Assembly (NCBI RefSeq): GCF_009914755.1
Contig: NC_060940.1
DNA length: 64,000 nucleotides
Strand: one strand, 5' to 3'
Source: the human T2T-CHM13v2.0 reference genome, Homo sapiens
Shown: piece after piece, positions 46,201 to 61,400 of the stretch
Numbering within the stretch: the stretch's first letter is position 1
Layout of the letters: each line of letters begins with the position of its first letter
Notes under the pieces: generated by a model
What the model was told of the DNA's origin: nothing
Database searches by the model: none
Seen by the model: only the letters and a program-made list of their open reading frames with translations
Position numbers and translations under genes: made by a program

Positions 46201-49200
46201 TCGACGATTCCATTCTATTCCATTCGATGATGATTCCATTCGAGTCCATTCGATCATTCCATTCGAGTCCATTTAATGATTCCATTGGGTTCAATTCAAT
46301 GATGATTACATTGGATTCCGTTCTATGATTCCATTCAATTCCATTCATTGACAATTTGATTCCATTCGATGATGATTCCATTTGAGTTCATTCGATGATT
46401 CTATTCGATTCTCTTCGATGGTGATTCAATTCTATTATATTGGATGATTCCATTCGATTCCATTTGATGTTGATTCAATTCGATTCTATTCGATGATGAT
46501 TCCATTGGATTTCACTTGATGATTCTATTCGATTCCATTCAATGATGATTCACTTCTCGTCCATTGGATGATTCCATTTCATTCCATTCGATGATGATTC
46601 CATTCGATTCCATTCGATGATTCCATTTGATTCCATGCGACGGTGAGCAATTCGATTCAATTCCATGATGATTCTATTTGATTCAATTAGATGATGTTTC
46701 CATTCGAATCCATTCCATGATTATTCCATTGGAATCCATTCGGCGATGATTCCATATGAGTCAATTCAATGATGATTCCATATGGGTCCGTTCGATGATA
46801 ATTCCATTTGATTTCATTCGATGCTTCTATTCTATTCCAGTCGATGATGATTCCGTTGGAGTCCATACGATGATTCCATTTGATTTCATTTGATGATGAT
46901 TCCATTCGATGAGGATTACATTGGATTCCATTCTATGATTCCATTCAATTCCATTCGTTGATGATTCGATTCCATTCAATGATGATTCCATTTGAGTTCA
47001 TTCGATGATTCTATTCGATTCCGTTCGATGGTGATTCAATTCTATTATATTGGATGATTCCACTCGATTCCATTTGATGATTATTCCATTGGAGTCCACT
47101 TAGTGAATCCTTTAGATTCTACTCGACGATGATTCCATTCGAGTCCATTCGATGATACCATTCAATTCCATTCGTTGATGCTTCCATTCAAGTGCATTCG
47201 ATGATATCATTCGATTCCATTTGATGATAATTCCATTTGATTCCATGCGATGATTCTATTCGATTCCATTCAATGATAATTCCATTCAATTCAGTGATTC
47301 CTCTGGACTCCATTTGATGATGATTCCATTCAATGATTCCATTCGATTCTATTCGAAAATGATTCCATTTGAATCCATTTGATGATGATTCCATTAGATT
47401 CCATTTGATGATTCCATTCGATTCCATTCGACGATGATTCCATTCGATTCCATTTGATGATTCCATTCTATTCTATTCGATGATGATTCCATTCGATTCC
47501 ATTCGATGATGATTGGATTCGATTCCATTTGATGATTTCATTTGATTCCATTCGTTAATGATTTCGATCAATTCCATTCGATGATTCCATTCGATTCCAT
47601 TCGATAATGATTACATCCGAGTCCATTCGATGATTCCCTTTGAGCCTGTTCGATAATTCCATTTGAGTCCAACCAATGATTCCATTCATTTCCATTCAAT
47701 GATTCCATTCGAGTCCATTTGATCATTCCGGTAGGGTCCATTCGATGTTGATTCCATTGGAGTGCATTCGATGATTCCATTCGAGTCCATTTTAGGATTT
47801 GATTCGAGTCCTTTCGATGATTCCATTCGATTCCACTCGATGATGATTTCATTCGAGTCCATTCGACACTTCCAATCGATTCCATTTGATGATTCCATTC
47901 GAGTCCAATTGATGATTCCATTCAATTCCATTCGATGATGATTCCGTACGATTCCATTCTGTGATGATTGCATGTGATTGCATTCAATGATGATTCCTTT
48001 CGATTGCATTCGATTATGATTCATTTCGTGTTCATTCTATGGTTCCACAGGTTTCCATTCGTGTCCATTCCATTATTCCATTCTATTCCATTTGATGATG
48101 ATTCCATTCGATTCCATTCATTGGTGATTCCACTCAATTCCATTCAATGATTCCATTCCATTTCTTTCAACAATGATTCCATTAGTTTCTAATCGATGAT
48201 CCACTTGATTCCATTTGACGACGATTCCATTCTTGTCCATTCGATGATTCCATTTGATTCCATATGATGATGATTCCATTCGATTCCATACCATGATGAT
48301 TCCATTCGAGTCCATTCAATGGTGATTCCATTCAATTCCATTCGATGATTCCTTTTGATTCCATTCGATGATGATGGCATTCGATTCCTTTCAATCATTC
48401 CCTTTGATTCCATTCAAAGGTGATTTCATTCAAGTCCATTCGATAATTGCATTCGATTCCATTCTATGATGATTCCATTCGAGTCCATTTGATGATTCCA
48501 TTCAATTCAAGTCAATGATGATTCCATTCGATTCCATTCGATGATTCCATTGGATTCCATTCGATGATGATTCCATTCAAATCCATTCGATAATTCAATT
48601 CAAGTCCATTCGATGATGATTCCAATCGAATCCATTCAAAGATTCCATTCAGTTCCATTCGATGATTCCCTTAGATTCCATTCGATGATTCCACTTGATT
48701 GCATTTACGATGATTCCATTCGATTCCATGTGATGATTCCATTCAATTCTATTCAATGATGTCTCCATTTGATTCCATTCGACCATGATTGCCTTTGATT
48801 CCATTCAATGATTCCATTCGGTTCCGTTTGATGATGATTCCGTTCGATTCCATTTGATGATTCCATTTGATTCCATTGGATGAGTCCATTCGATTACATT
48901 CGATGATTATTCCATTCGAGTGCATTAGATGATTCCATTCGAGTCCATTCGATGATTCCATTCGATTCCATTCGATGTTGATTCTGTTCAAATCCATTCG
49001 ATGATTCCACTCGATTCCATTCGTTGACTCCATTTGATCCCATTTGATGATTTCCTTTGATTCCCTTTGATGATCATTCCATTTGATTCAATTCGGTGAT
49101 TTCATTTGATTCCATTCAGTGATGTTTCCATTCGACTCCATTCGATGATGATTCCATTCGACTCCATTCGATTATGATTTCATTCAATTCCATTCGATAA

Positions 49201-49355
49201 TGATTCCCTTCGAGTCCATTCGATGATTCCATTCGATTCCATTCAACGATGATTTGATTCGTGTCCATTCGATGATTCCATTTGATTCCACTTGATGATG
49301 ATTCCATTCGAGTCCATTTGATGATTCCATTCAATTCCATACTCCGATGATTTCT
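43244..49355 (+). repeat. HOR copy 8 (6112 bp, subtype A)
   Basis: Landmark spacing and A alleles. Confidence 0.92.
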
Positions 49356-52300
49356 TTTGAGCCCACTCAATGCTTCCACTCGATTCCATATGATGATGAC
49401 TCCATTCGATGAAATTCGATGATGATTCCATTCGCTTGCTTTCGATGATGATTCCACTTGAGTCCGTTAGAAGATTCTATTCAATTACATTCCATGACGA
49501 TTCCGTTCGAGTCCATTTGATGATTCCATTAGACTCCATTCGACGATGATTCCATTCGATGTTATTCCATGATTCCATTCGATCTCATTCGATGATGATT
49601 CCATTCAACTCCATTCGATGTTTCCATTCGAGTTCATTCTATTATTCCATTAGATTCCATTCGATGATGATTCCATTCGATTCCATTTGATGATTGCATT
49701 CTATTTCATTTGATGATGATTCCATTCGAGTCCACTCGATGATTCCATTCGAGTCCATTTAATGAATCCATTGGTTTCAATTCTATGATGATTACATTGG
49801 ATTCCATTCGTTGATGATTTCATTCGGTTCCATTCAATGATGATTCCATTCAATTCCTTTCAATGTTTCCATTCAATTCCATACGATGATGATTCCATTT
49901 GATTTGATTCGACAGTGAGCCATTCGATTCAATTCCATGATGATTCTATTTGATTCAATTGGTTGACATTTCCATTCGATTCCATTCGATGATGATTCCC
50001 TTTGATTCCGTTCCAAGATGATTCCATTCTAGCCCATTCAATCATTCCATTCGATTCTATTCAATGATGATTCCATTCATGTCGATTTGGTGATTCCATT
50101 TGACTTCATTTGATGATGATTCCTTTCAAGTTCATTAGATGATTCCATTCGATTCCATTTGATGATGATCCCATTCGAGTCCATTCAGTGATTCCATTCG
50201 TTTCCATTCCATGATGATTCCATTCCTTTCCATTCAATGATTCCATTCGATTCCGTTTGATGATGATTTCATTCGAGTCCATTTGATGATTCCATTTGAT
50301 TCCATTCGATGATGATTCCATTCGAGTCCATTCGATGATTCTATTCGAATCCATTTGATGATTTCTTTTGATTATATTTGGTGATGATTCCATTGGAGTC
50401 CATTCAATGATTCCATTCTATTCCAATCGATGATGATTCCATTAGAGTCCATTTAATGATTCCATTTGATTCCAGTCTCTGATGATTACATTCGAGTCCA
50501 TACGATGATTCCACTCAATTCCATATGATGATGATTCCATTTGATTCCATTCGGTGATTCCATTCTATTCTATTCAATGGTGATTCCATTCGAGTACATT
50601 AGATGATTCCATTCGATTCCATTCAATGATGATTCTATTTGTGTCCCTTAGATGATTCCACATGATTCCATTAGATGATGATACTATTTGAGCCCATCCA
50701 ATGATTCCCTTCGATTCCATTCGATGAGGATTCCATTCGATTCAATTCATTGGTGATTCTATTCAATTCAATTCTTTGATTCCATTCCATTCCATTCGAC
50801 AATGATTCCATTCGATTTCTTTCGATGATTCCACTCGATTCCACTTGACATTGATTCCATTCGATTCCATTCAATGATTCCATTTGATTCCAGTGGATGA
50901 TGATTGCCATCGATTCCATTCGATCACTCCATTCTATTCCATTTGATGATGATTACATTCGATTCCATTTGATGATTCCATCTGATTCTATTCGAGGATT
51001 CCATTTGATTCCATTCGATGATGATTCCATTCGAGTCCATTCGATGATTTCATTCGAGTACATCCAATGATTCCATTCGAGTCCATTAGATGATTCCATT
51101 TGATTCCATTTGAAAATGATTCTACTAGAGTCCATTCAATGACTCCATTCGAGTCCATTCAACAATTCCATTCGACTCCATTCGATGATTCCATTCGATT
51201 CCATTTGATGGTTCCATTCGAGTCCATTTAATCATTACAGTCGAGTCCATTTGTTGATTCCACTGGATTTCTTTTGATAATGATACCATTCAATTACATT
51301 TGATGATGATCCCATTCAACTTCATTTGATGATGATTCCATTAGAGTCCATTCGATGATTTCATTCGAGTCCCTTCATTGATTCCATCCGATTTCATTGG
51401 ATGATGACTCCATTCGAGTCCATTCGATGATTCCACTCGATTCCATTAGATGACTCCATTGGAGTCCATTTGATTGTTCCATTCGATTCCATTCGATTCC
51501 TTTCGAAGATTATTCCATTTGAGTCCATTCGATGATGATTCCATTCCATTCCATTCGATGATTCCGTTTGATTCCATTCGATGATTCCCTTCGATTCCTT
51601 TCTTTGATGATTCCATTCCATTCCATTCAATGATTCCATTCGAATCTATTCCATGATGATTCCTTTCGATTCCATTCGCTGATGTTTCCGTTCAATTCCA
51701 TTCGATGATGATTCCATTCGATTCCATTCATTGAGGATTCCATTTGATTCCATTCAATGATGATTCCATTCTATTCCATTCAATGATTGCATTCAATTCC
51801 ATTCAATGATTATCCCCTTAGAGTAAACTCAACGATTCCATTCAATACCATTCGATGATGATTCCTTTTGAGTCCATTCAATGATTTCATTCAAGTCCAT
51901 TTGATGATTCCTTTCAATTCCATTCTATGATGATTCCATTCGAGTCCATTCGATGATTCCATTCGATTGCATTCGATGATTCCATTATATTCCATTCAAC
52001 GGTGATTCCATTCGAGTCCATTCGATGATTCCATTAGAGTACATTTAATGATTGCTTTGTTTTCAATTCGAAGATGATTACATTGGATTCCATTCTATGA
52101 TACCATTCGATTCCATTCAATGATGATTCCACTCAAATCCATTGGATGATTCCATTCGTGTCCATTCGGTGATTTCATTAGATTCCATTCGAGGATGATT
52201 CCATTCGATTCCATTCGATGATGATTCCATTCCAGTCCATATGATCATTCCATTTGATTTCATTCGATGATGATTCCATTCGATTCCATTCGATGATTCC

Positions 52301-55300
52301 ATTCTATTCCATTCGATGATGATTCCATTCGAGTCCATTCGATGATTCCATTCGAGTCCATTTAATGATTCCATTGGGTTCAATTCAATGATGATTACAT
52401 TGGATTCCGTTCTATGATTCCATTCAATTCCGTTCATTGACAATTTGATTCCATTCGATGATGATTCCATTTGAGTTCATTCGATGATTCTATTCGATTC
52501 TCTTTGATGGTGATTCAATTCTATTATATTGGATGATTCCATTCGATTCCATTTGATGTTGATTCAATTCGATTCTATTCGATGATGATTCCATTGGATT
52601 TCACTTGATGATTCTATTCGATTCCATTCGATGATGATTCACTTCTCGTCCATTGGATGATTCCATTTCATTCCATTCGATGATGATTCCATTCGATTCC
52701 ATTCGATGATTCCATTTGATTCCATGCGACGGTGAGCAATTCGATTCAATTCCATGATGATTCTATTTGATTCAATTAGATGATGTTTCCATTCGAATCC
52801 ATTCCATGATTATTCCATTGGAATCCATTCGGCGATGATTCCATATGAGTCAATTCAATGATGATTCCATATGGGTCCGTTCGATGATAATTCCATTTGA
52901 TTTCATTCGATGCTTCTATTCAATTCCAGTCGATGATGATTCCGTTGGAGTCCATACGATGATTCCATTTGATTTCATTTGATGATGATTCCATTCGATG
53001 ATGATTACATTGGATTCCATTCTATGATTCCATTCAATTCCATTCGTTGATGATTCGATTCCATTCAATGATGATTCCATTTGAGTTCATTCGATGATTC
53101 TATTCGATTCCGTTCGATGGTGATTCAATTCTATTATATTGGATGATTCCACTCGATTCCATTTGATGATTATTCCATTGGAGTCCACTTAGTGAATCCT
53201 TTAGATTCTACTCGACGATGATTCCATTCGAGTCCATTCGATGATACCATTCAATTCCATTCATTGATGCTTCCATTCAAGTGCATTTGATGATATCATT
53301 CGATTCCATTTGATGATAATTCCATTTGATTCCATGCGATGATTCTATTCGATTCCATTCAATGATAATTCCATTCAATTCAGTGATTCCTCTGGACTCC
53401 ATTTGATGATGATTCCATTCAATGATTCCATTCGATTCTATTCGAAAATGATTCCATTTGAATCCATTTGATGATGATTCCATTAGATTCCATTTGATGA
53501 TTCCATTCGATTCCATTCGACGATGATTCCATTCGATTCCGTTTGATGATTCCATTCTATTCTATTCGATGATGATTCCATTCGATTCCATTCGATGATG
53601 ATTGGATTCGATTCCATTTGATGATTTCATTTGATTCCATTCGTTAATGATTTCGATCAATTCCATTCGATGATTCCATTCGATTCCATTCGATAATGAT
53701 TACATCCGAGTCCATTCGATGATTCCCTTTGAGCCTGTTCGATAATTCCATTTGAGTCCAACCAATGATTCCATTCATTTCCATTCAATGATTCCATTCG
53801 AGTCCATTTGATCATTCCGGTAGGGTCCATTCGATGTTGATTCCATTGGAGTGCATTCGATGATTCCATTCGAGTCCATTTTAGGATTTGATTCGAGTCC
53901 TTTCGATGATTCCAATCGATTCCACTCGATGATGATTTCATTCGAGTCCATTCGACACTTCCAATCGATTCCATTTGATGATTCCATTCGAGTCCAATTG
54001 ATGATTCCATTCAATTCCATTCGATGATGATTCCGTACGATTCCATTCTGTGATGATTCCATGTGATTGCATTCAATGATGATTCCTTTCGATTGCATTC
54101 GATTATGATTCATTTCGTGTTCATTCTATGGTTCCACAGGTTTCCATTCGTGTACATTCCATTATTCCATTCTATTCCATTTGATGATGATTCCATTCGA
54201 TTCCATTCATTGGTGATTCCACTCAATTCCATTCAATGATTCCATTCCATTTCTTTCAACAATGATTCCATTAGTTTCTAATCGATGATCCACTTGATTC
54301 CATTTGACGACGATTCCATTCTTGTCCATTCGATGATTCCATTTGATTCCATATGATGATGATTCCATTCGATTCCATACCATGATGATTCCATTCGAGT
54401 CCATTCAATGGTGATTCCATTCAATTCCATTCGATGATTCCTTTTGATTCCATTCGATGATGATGGCATTCGATTCCTTTCAATCATTCCCTTTGATTCC
54501 ATTCAAAGGTGATTTCATTCAAGTCCATTCGATAATTGCATTCGATTCCATTCTATGATGATTCCATTCGAGTCCATTTGATGATTCCATTCAATTCAAG
54601 TCAATGATGATTCCATTCGATTCCATTCGATGATTCCATTGGATTCCATTCGATGATGATTCCATTCAAATCCATTCGATAATTCAATTCAAGTCCATTC
54701 GATGATGATTCCAATCGAATCCATTCAAAGATTCCATTCAGTTCCATTCGATGATTCCCTTAGATTCCATTCGATGATTCCACTTGATTGCATTTACGAT
54801 GATTCCATTCGATTCCATGTGATGATTCCATTCAATTCTATTCAATGATGTCTCCATTTGATTCCATTCGACCATGATTGCCTTTGATTCCATTCAATGA
54901 TTCCATTCGGTTCCGTTTGATGATGATTCCGTTCGATTCCATTTGATGATTCCATTGGATTCCATTGGATGAGTCCATTCGATTACATTCGATGATTATT
55001 CCATTCGAGTGCATTAGATGATTCCATTCGAGTCCATTCGATGATTCCATTCGATTCCATTCGATGTTGATTCTGTTCAAATCCATTCGATGATTCCACT
55101 CGATTCCATTCGTTGACTCCATTTGATCCCATTCGATGATTTCCTTTGATTCCCTTTGATGATCATTCCATTTGATTCAATTCGGTGATTTCATTTGATT
55201 CCATTCAGTGATGTTTCCATTCGACTCCATTCGATGATGATTCCATTCGACTCCATTCGATTATGATTTCATTCAATTCCATTCGATAATGATTCCCTTC

Positions 55301-55444
55301 GAGTCCATTCGATGATTCCATTCGATTCCATTCAACGATGATTTGATTCGTGTCCATTCGATGATTCCATTTGATTCCACTTGATGATGATTCCATTCGA
55401 GTCCATTTGATGATTCCATTCAATTCCATACTCCGATGATTTCT
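49356..55444 (+). repeat. HOR copy 9 (6089 bp, subtype A with 23-bp deletion)
   Basis: Landmark spacing 6089; the ...ATTCCATTCAATTCCATTCGATG monomer is missing near 52220. Confidence 0.92.
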
Positions 55445-58400
55445 TTTGAGCCCACTCAATGCTTCCACTCGATTCCATATGATGATGACTCCATTCGATG
55501 AAATTCGATGATGATTCCATTCGCTTGCTTTCGATGATGATTCCACTTGAGTCCGTTAGAAGATTCTATTCAATTACATTCCAGGACGATTCCGTTCGAG
55601 TCCATTTGATGATTCCATTAGACTCCATTCGACGATGATTCCATTCGATGTTATTCGATGATTCCATTCGATCTCATTCGATGATGATTCCATTCAACTC
55701 CATTCGATGTTTCCATTCGAGTTCATTCTATTATTCCATTAGATTCCATTCGATGATGATTCCATTCGATTCCATTTGATGATTGCATTCTATTTCATTT
55801 GATGATGATTCCATTCGAGTCCACTCGATGATTCCATTCGAGTCCATTTAATGAATCCATTGGTTTCAATTCTATGATGATTACATTGGATTCCATTCGT
55901 TGATGATTTCATTCGGTTCCATTCAATGATGATTCCATTCAATTCCTTTCAATGTTTCCATTCAATTCCATACGATGATGATTCCATTTGATTTGATTCG
56001 ACAGTGAGCCATTCGATTCAATTCCATGATGATTCTATTTGATTCCATTGGTTGACATTTCCATTCGATTCCATTCGATGATGATTCCCTTTGATTCCGT
56101 TCAAAGATGATTCCATTCTAGCCCATTCAATCATTCCATTCGATTCTATTCAATGATGATTCCATTCATGTCGATTTGGTGATTCCATTTGACTTCATTT
56201 GATGATGATTCCTTTCAAGTTCATTAGATGATTCCATTCGATTCCATTTGATGATGATCCCATTCGAGTCCATTCAGTGATTCCATTCGTTTCCATTCCA
56301 TGATGATTCCATTCCTTTCCATTCAATGATTCCATTCGATTCCGTTTGATGATGATTTCATTCGAGTCCATTTGATGATTCCATTTGATTCCATTCGATG
56401 ATGATTCCATTCGAGTCCATTCGATGATTCTATTCGAATCCATTTGATGATTTCTTTTGATTATATTTGGTGATGATTCCATTGGAGTCCATTCAATGAT
56501 TCCATTCTATTCCAATCGATGATGATTCCATTAGAGTCCATTTAATGATTCCATTTGATTCCAGTCTCTGATGATTACATTCGAGTCCATACGATGATTC
56601 CACTCAATTCCATATGATGATGATTCCATTCGATTCCATTCGGTGATTCCATTCTATTCTATTCAATGGTGATTCCATTCGAGTACATTAGATGATTCCA
56701 TTCGATTCCATTCAATGATGATTCTATTTGTGTCCCTTAGATGATTCCACATGATTCCATTAGATGATGATACTATTTGAGCCCATCCAATGATTCCCTT
56801 CGATTCCATTCGATGAGGATTCCATTCGATTCAATTCATTGGTGATTCTATTCAATTCAATTCTTTGATTCCATTCCATTCCATTCGACAATGATTCCAT
56901 TCGATTTCTTTCGATGATTCCACTCGATTCCACTTGACATTGATTCCATTCGATTCCATTCAATGATTCCATTTGATTCCAGTGGATGATGATTGCCATC
57001 GATTCCATTCGATCACTCCATTCTATTCCATTTGATGATGATTACATTCGATTCCATTTGATGATTCCATCTGATTCTATTCGAGGATTCCATTTGATTC
57101 CATTCGATGATGATTCCATTCGAGTCCATTCGATGATTTCATTCGAGTACATCCAATGATTCCATTCGAGTCCATTAGATGATTCCATTTGATTCCATTT
57201 GAAAATGATTCTACTAGAGTCCATTCAATGACTCCATTCGAGTCCATTCAACAATTCCATTCGACTCCATTCGATGATTCCATTCGATTCCATTTGATGG
57301 TTCCATTCGAGTCCATTTAATCATTACAGTCGAGTCCATTTGGTGATTCCACTGGATTTCTTTTGATAATGATACCATTCAATTACATTTGATGATGATC
57401 CCATTCAATTTCATTTGATGATGATTCCATTAGAGTCCATTCGATGATTTCATTCGAGTCCCTTCATTGATTCCATCCGATTTCATTGGATGATGACTCC
57501 ATTCGAGTCCATTCGATGATTCCACTCGATTCCATTAGATGATTCCATTGGAGTCCATTTGATTGTTCCATTCGATTCCATTCGATTCCTTTCGAAGATT
57601 ATTCCATTTGAGTCCATTCGATGATGATTCCATTCCATTCCATTCGATGATTCCGTTTGATTCCATTCGATGATTCCCTTCGATTCCTTTCTTTGATGAT
57701 TCCATTCCATTCCATTCAATGATTCCATTCGAATCTATTCCATGATGATTCCTTTCGATTCCATTCGATGATGTTTCCGTTCAATTCCATTCGATGATGA
57801 TTCCATTCGATTCCATTCATTGAGGATTCCATTTGATTCCATTCAATGATGATTCCATTTTATTCCATTCAATGATTGCATTCAATTCCATTCAATGATT
57901 ATCCCATTAGAGTAAACTCAACGATTCCATTCAATACCATTCGATGATGATTCCTTTTGAGTCCATTCAATGATTTCATTCAAGTCCATTTGATGATTCC
58001 TTTCAATTCCATTCTATGATGATTCCATTCGAGTCCATTCGATGATTCCATTCGATTGCATTCGATGATTCCATTATATTCCATTCAACGGTGATTCCAT
58101 TCGAGTCCATTCCATGATTCCATTAGAGTACATTTAATGATTGCTTTGTTTTCAATTCGAAGATGATTACATTGGATTGCATTCTATGATACCATTCGAT
58201 TCCATTCAATGATGATTCCACTCAAATCCATTGGATGATTCCATTCGTGTCCATTCGGTGATTTCATTAGATTCCATTCGAGGATGATTCCATTCGATTC
58301 CATTCGATGATTCCATTCAATTCCATTCGATGATGATTCCATTCCAGTCCATATGATCATTCCATTTGATTTCATTCGATGATGATTCCATTCGATTCCA

Positions 58401-61400
58401 TTCGATGATTCCATTCTATTCCATTCGATGATGATTCCATTCGAGTCCATTCGATGATTCCATTCGAGTCCATTTAATGATTCCATTGGGTTCAATTCAA
58501 TGATGATTACATTGGATTCCGTTCTATGATTCCATTCAATTCCGTTCATTGACAATTTGATTCCATTCGATGATGATTCCATTTGAGTTCATTCGATGAT
58601 TCTATTCGATTCTCTTCGATGGTGATTCAATTCTATTATATTGGATGATTCCATTCGATTCCATTTGATGTTGATTCAATTCGATTCTATTCGATGATGA
58701 TTCCATTGGATTTCACTTGATGATTCTATTCGATTCCATTCAATGATGATTCACTTCTCGTCCATTGGATGATTCCATTTCATTCCATTCGATGATGATT
58801 CCATTCGATTCCATTCGATGATTCCATTTGATTCCATGCGACGGTGAGCAATTCGATTCAATTCCATGATGATTCTATTTGATTCAATTAGATGATGTTT
58901 CCATTCGAATCCATTCCATGATTATTCCATTGGAATCCATTCGGCGATGATTCCATATGAGTCAATTCAATGATGATTCCATATGGGTCCGTTCGATGAT
59001 AATTCCATTTGATTTCATTCGATGCTTCTATTCTATTCCAGTCGATGATGATTCCGTTGGAGTCCATACGATGATTCCATTTGATTTCATTTGATGATGA
59101 TTCCATTCGATGATGATTACATTGGATTCCATTCTATGACTCCATTCAATTCCATTCGTTGATGATTCGATTCCATTCAATGATGATTCCATTTGAGTTC
59201 ATTCGATGATTCTATTCGATTCCGTTCGATGGTGATTCAATTCTCTTATATTGGATGATTCCACTCGATTCCATTTGATGATTATTCCATTGGAGTCCAC
59301 TTAGTGAATCCTTTAGATTCTACTCGAGGATGATTCCATTCGAGTCCATTCAATGATACCATTCAATTTCATTCGTTGATGCTTCCATTCAAGTGCATTC
59401 GATGATATCATTTGATTCCATTTGATGATAATTCCATTTCATTCCATGCGATGATTCTATTCGATTCCATTCAATGATAATTCCATTCAATTCAGTGATT
59501 CCTCTGGACTCCATTTGATGATGATTCCATTCAATGATTCCATTCGATTCTATTCCAATATGATTCCATTTGAATCCATTTGATGATGATTCCATTAGAT
59601 TCCATTTGATGATTCCATTCGATTCCATTTGACGATGATTCCATTCGATTCCATTTGATGATTCCATTCTATTCTATTCGATGATGATTCCATTCGATTC
59701 CATTTGATGATGATTGGATTCGATTCCATTTGATGATTTCATTTGATTCCATTCGTTAATGATTTCGATCAACTCCATTCGATGATTCCATTTGATTCCA
59801 TTCGATAATGATTACATCCGAGTCCATTCGATGATTCCATTTGAGCCCGTTCGATAATTCCATTTGAGTCCAATCAATGATTCCATTCATTTCCATTCAA
59901 TGATTCCATTCGAGTCCATTTGATCATTCTGGTAGGGTCCGTTCGATGTTGATTCCATTGGAGTGCATTCGATGATTCCATTCGAGTCCATTTTATGATT
60001 TGATTCGAGTCCTTTCGATGATTCCATTCGATTCCACTCGATGATGATTTCATTCGAGTCCATTCGACACTTCCAATCGATTCCATTTGATGTTTCCATT
60101 CGAGTCCAATTGATGATTCCATTCAATTCCATTCGATGATGATTCCGTACGATTCCATTCTGTGATGATTCCATGTGATTGCATTCAATGATGATTCCTT
60201 TCGATTGCATTCGATTATGATTCATTTCGTGTTCATTCTATGGTTCCACAGGTTTCCATTCGATGACGTTTCCGTTCGTGTCCATTCCATTATTCCATTC
60301 TATTTCATTTGATGATGATTCCATTCGATTCCATTCATTGGTGATTCCACTCAATTCCATTCAATGATTCCATTCCATTTCTTTCAACAATGATTCCCTT
60401 AGTTTCTATTCGATGATCCACTTGATTCCATTTGGCGATGATTCCATTCGTGTCCATTTGATGATTCCATTTGATTCCATATGATGATGATTCCATTCGA
60501 TTCCATACCATGATGATTCCATTCGAGTCCATTCAATGGTGATTCCATTCAATTCCATTCGATGATTCCTTCCGATTCCATTCGATGATGATGGCATTCG
60601 ATTCCTTTCAATCATTCCCTTTGATTCCATTCAAAGGTGATTTCATTCAAGTCCATTCGATAATTGCATTCGATTCCATTCTATGATGATTCCATTCGAG
60701 TCCATTTGATGATTCCATTCAATTCAAGTCAATGATGATTCCATTCGATTCCACTCGATGATTCCTTTGGATTCCATTCGATGATGATTCCATTCAAATC
60801 CATTCGATAATTCAATTCAAGTCCATTCGATGATGATTCCAATCGAATCCATTCAAAGATTCCATTCAATTCCATTCGATGATGATTCCCTTAGATTCCA
60901 TTCGATGATTCCACTTGATTCCATTTACGATGATTCCATTCGATTCCATGTGATGAATCCATTCAATTCTATTCAATGATGTTTCCATTTGATTCCATTG
61001 GACCATGATTGCCTTTGATTCCATTCAATGATTCCATTCGGTTCCATTTGATGATGATTCCGTTCGATTCCATTTCATTATTCCATTTGATTCCATTGGA
61101 TGAGTCCATTCGATTACATTCGATGATTATTCCATTCGAGTGCATTAGATGATTGCATTCGAGTCCATTCGATGATTCCATTCGATTCCATTCGATGTTG
61201 ATTCTGTTCAAATCCATTCGATGATTCCACTCGATTCCATTCGATGACTCCATTTGATCCCATTCGATGATTTCCTTTGATTCCCTTTGATGATCATTCT
61301 ATTTGATTCAATTCGGTGATTTCATTTCATTCCATTCAGTGATGTTTCCATTCGACTGTATTCGATGATGATTCCATTCGACTCCATTCGATTATGATTT

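Noticed and set aside
47968-48150. The single plus-strand 60-aa ORF
   Set aside because: Appears in copy 8 only, next to a private substitution; a chance product at the length threshold.
60264-60269. CRE-like TGACGT in the 16-bp extra sequence
   Set aside because: A single partial 6-mer match is expected by chance and has no supporting context.
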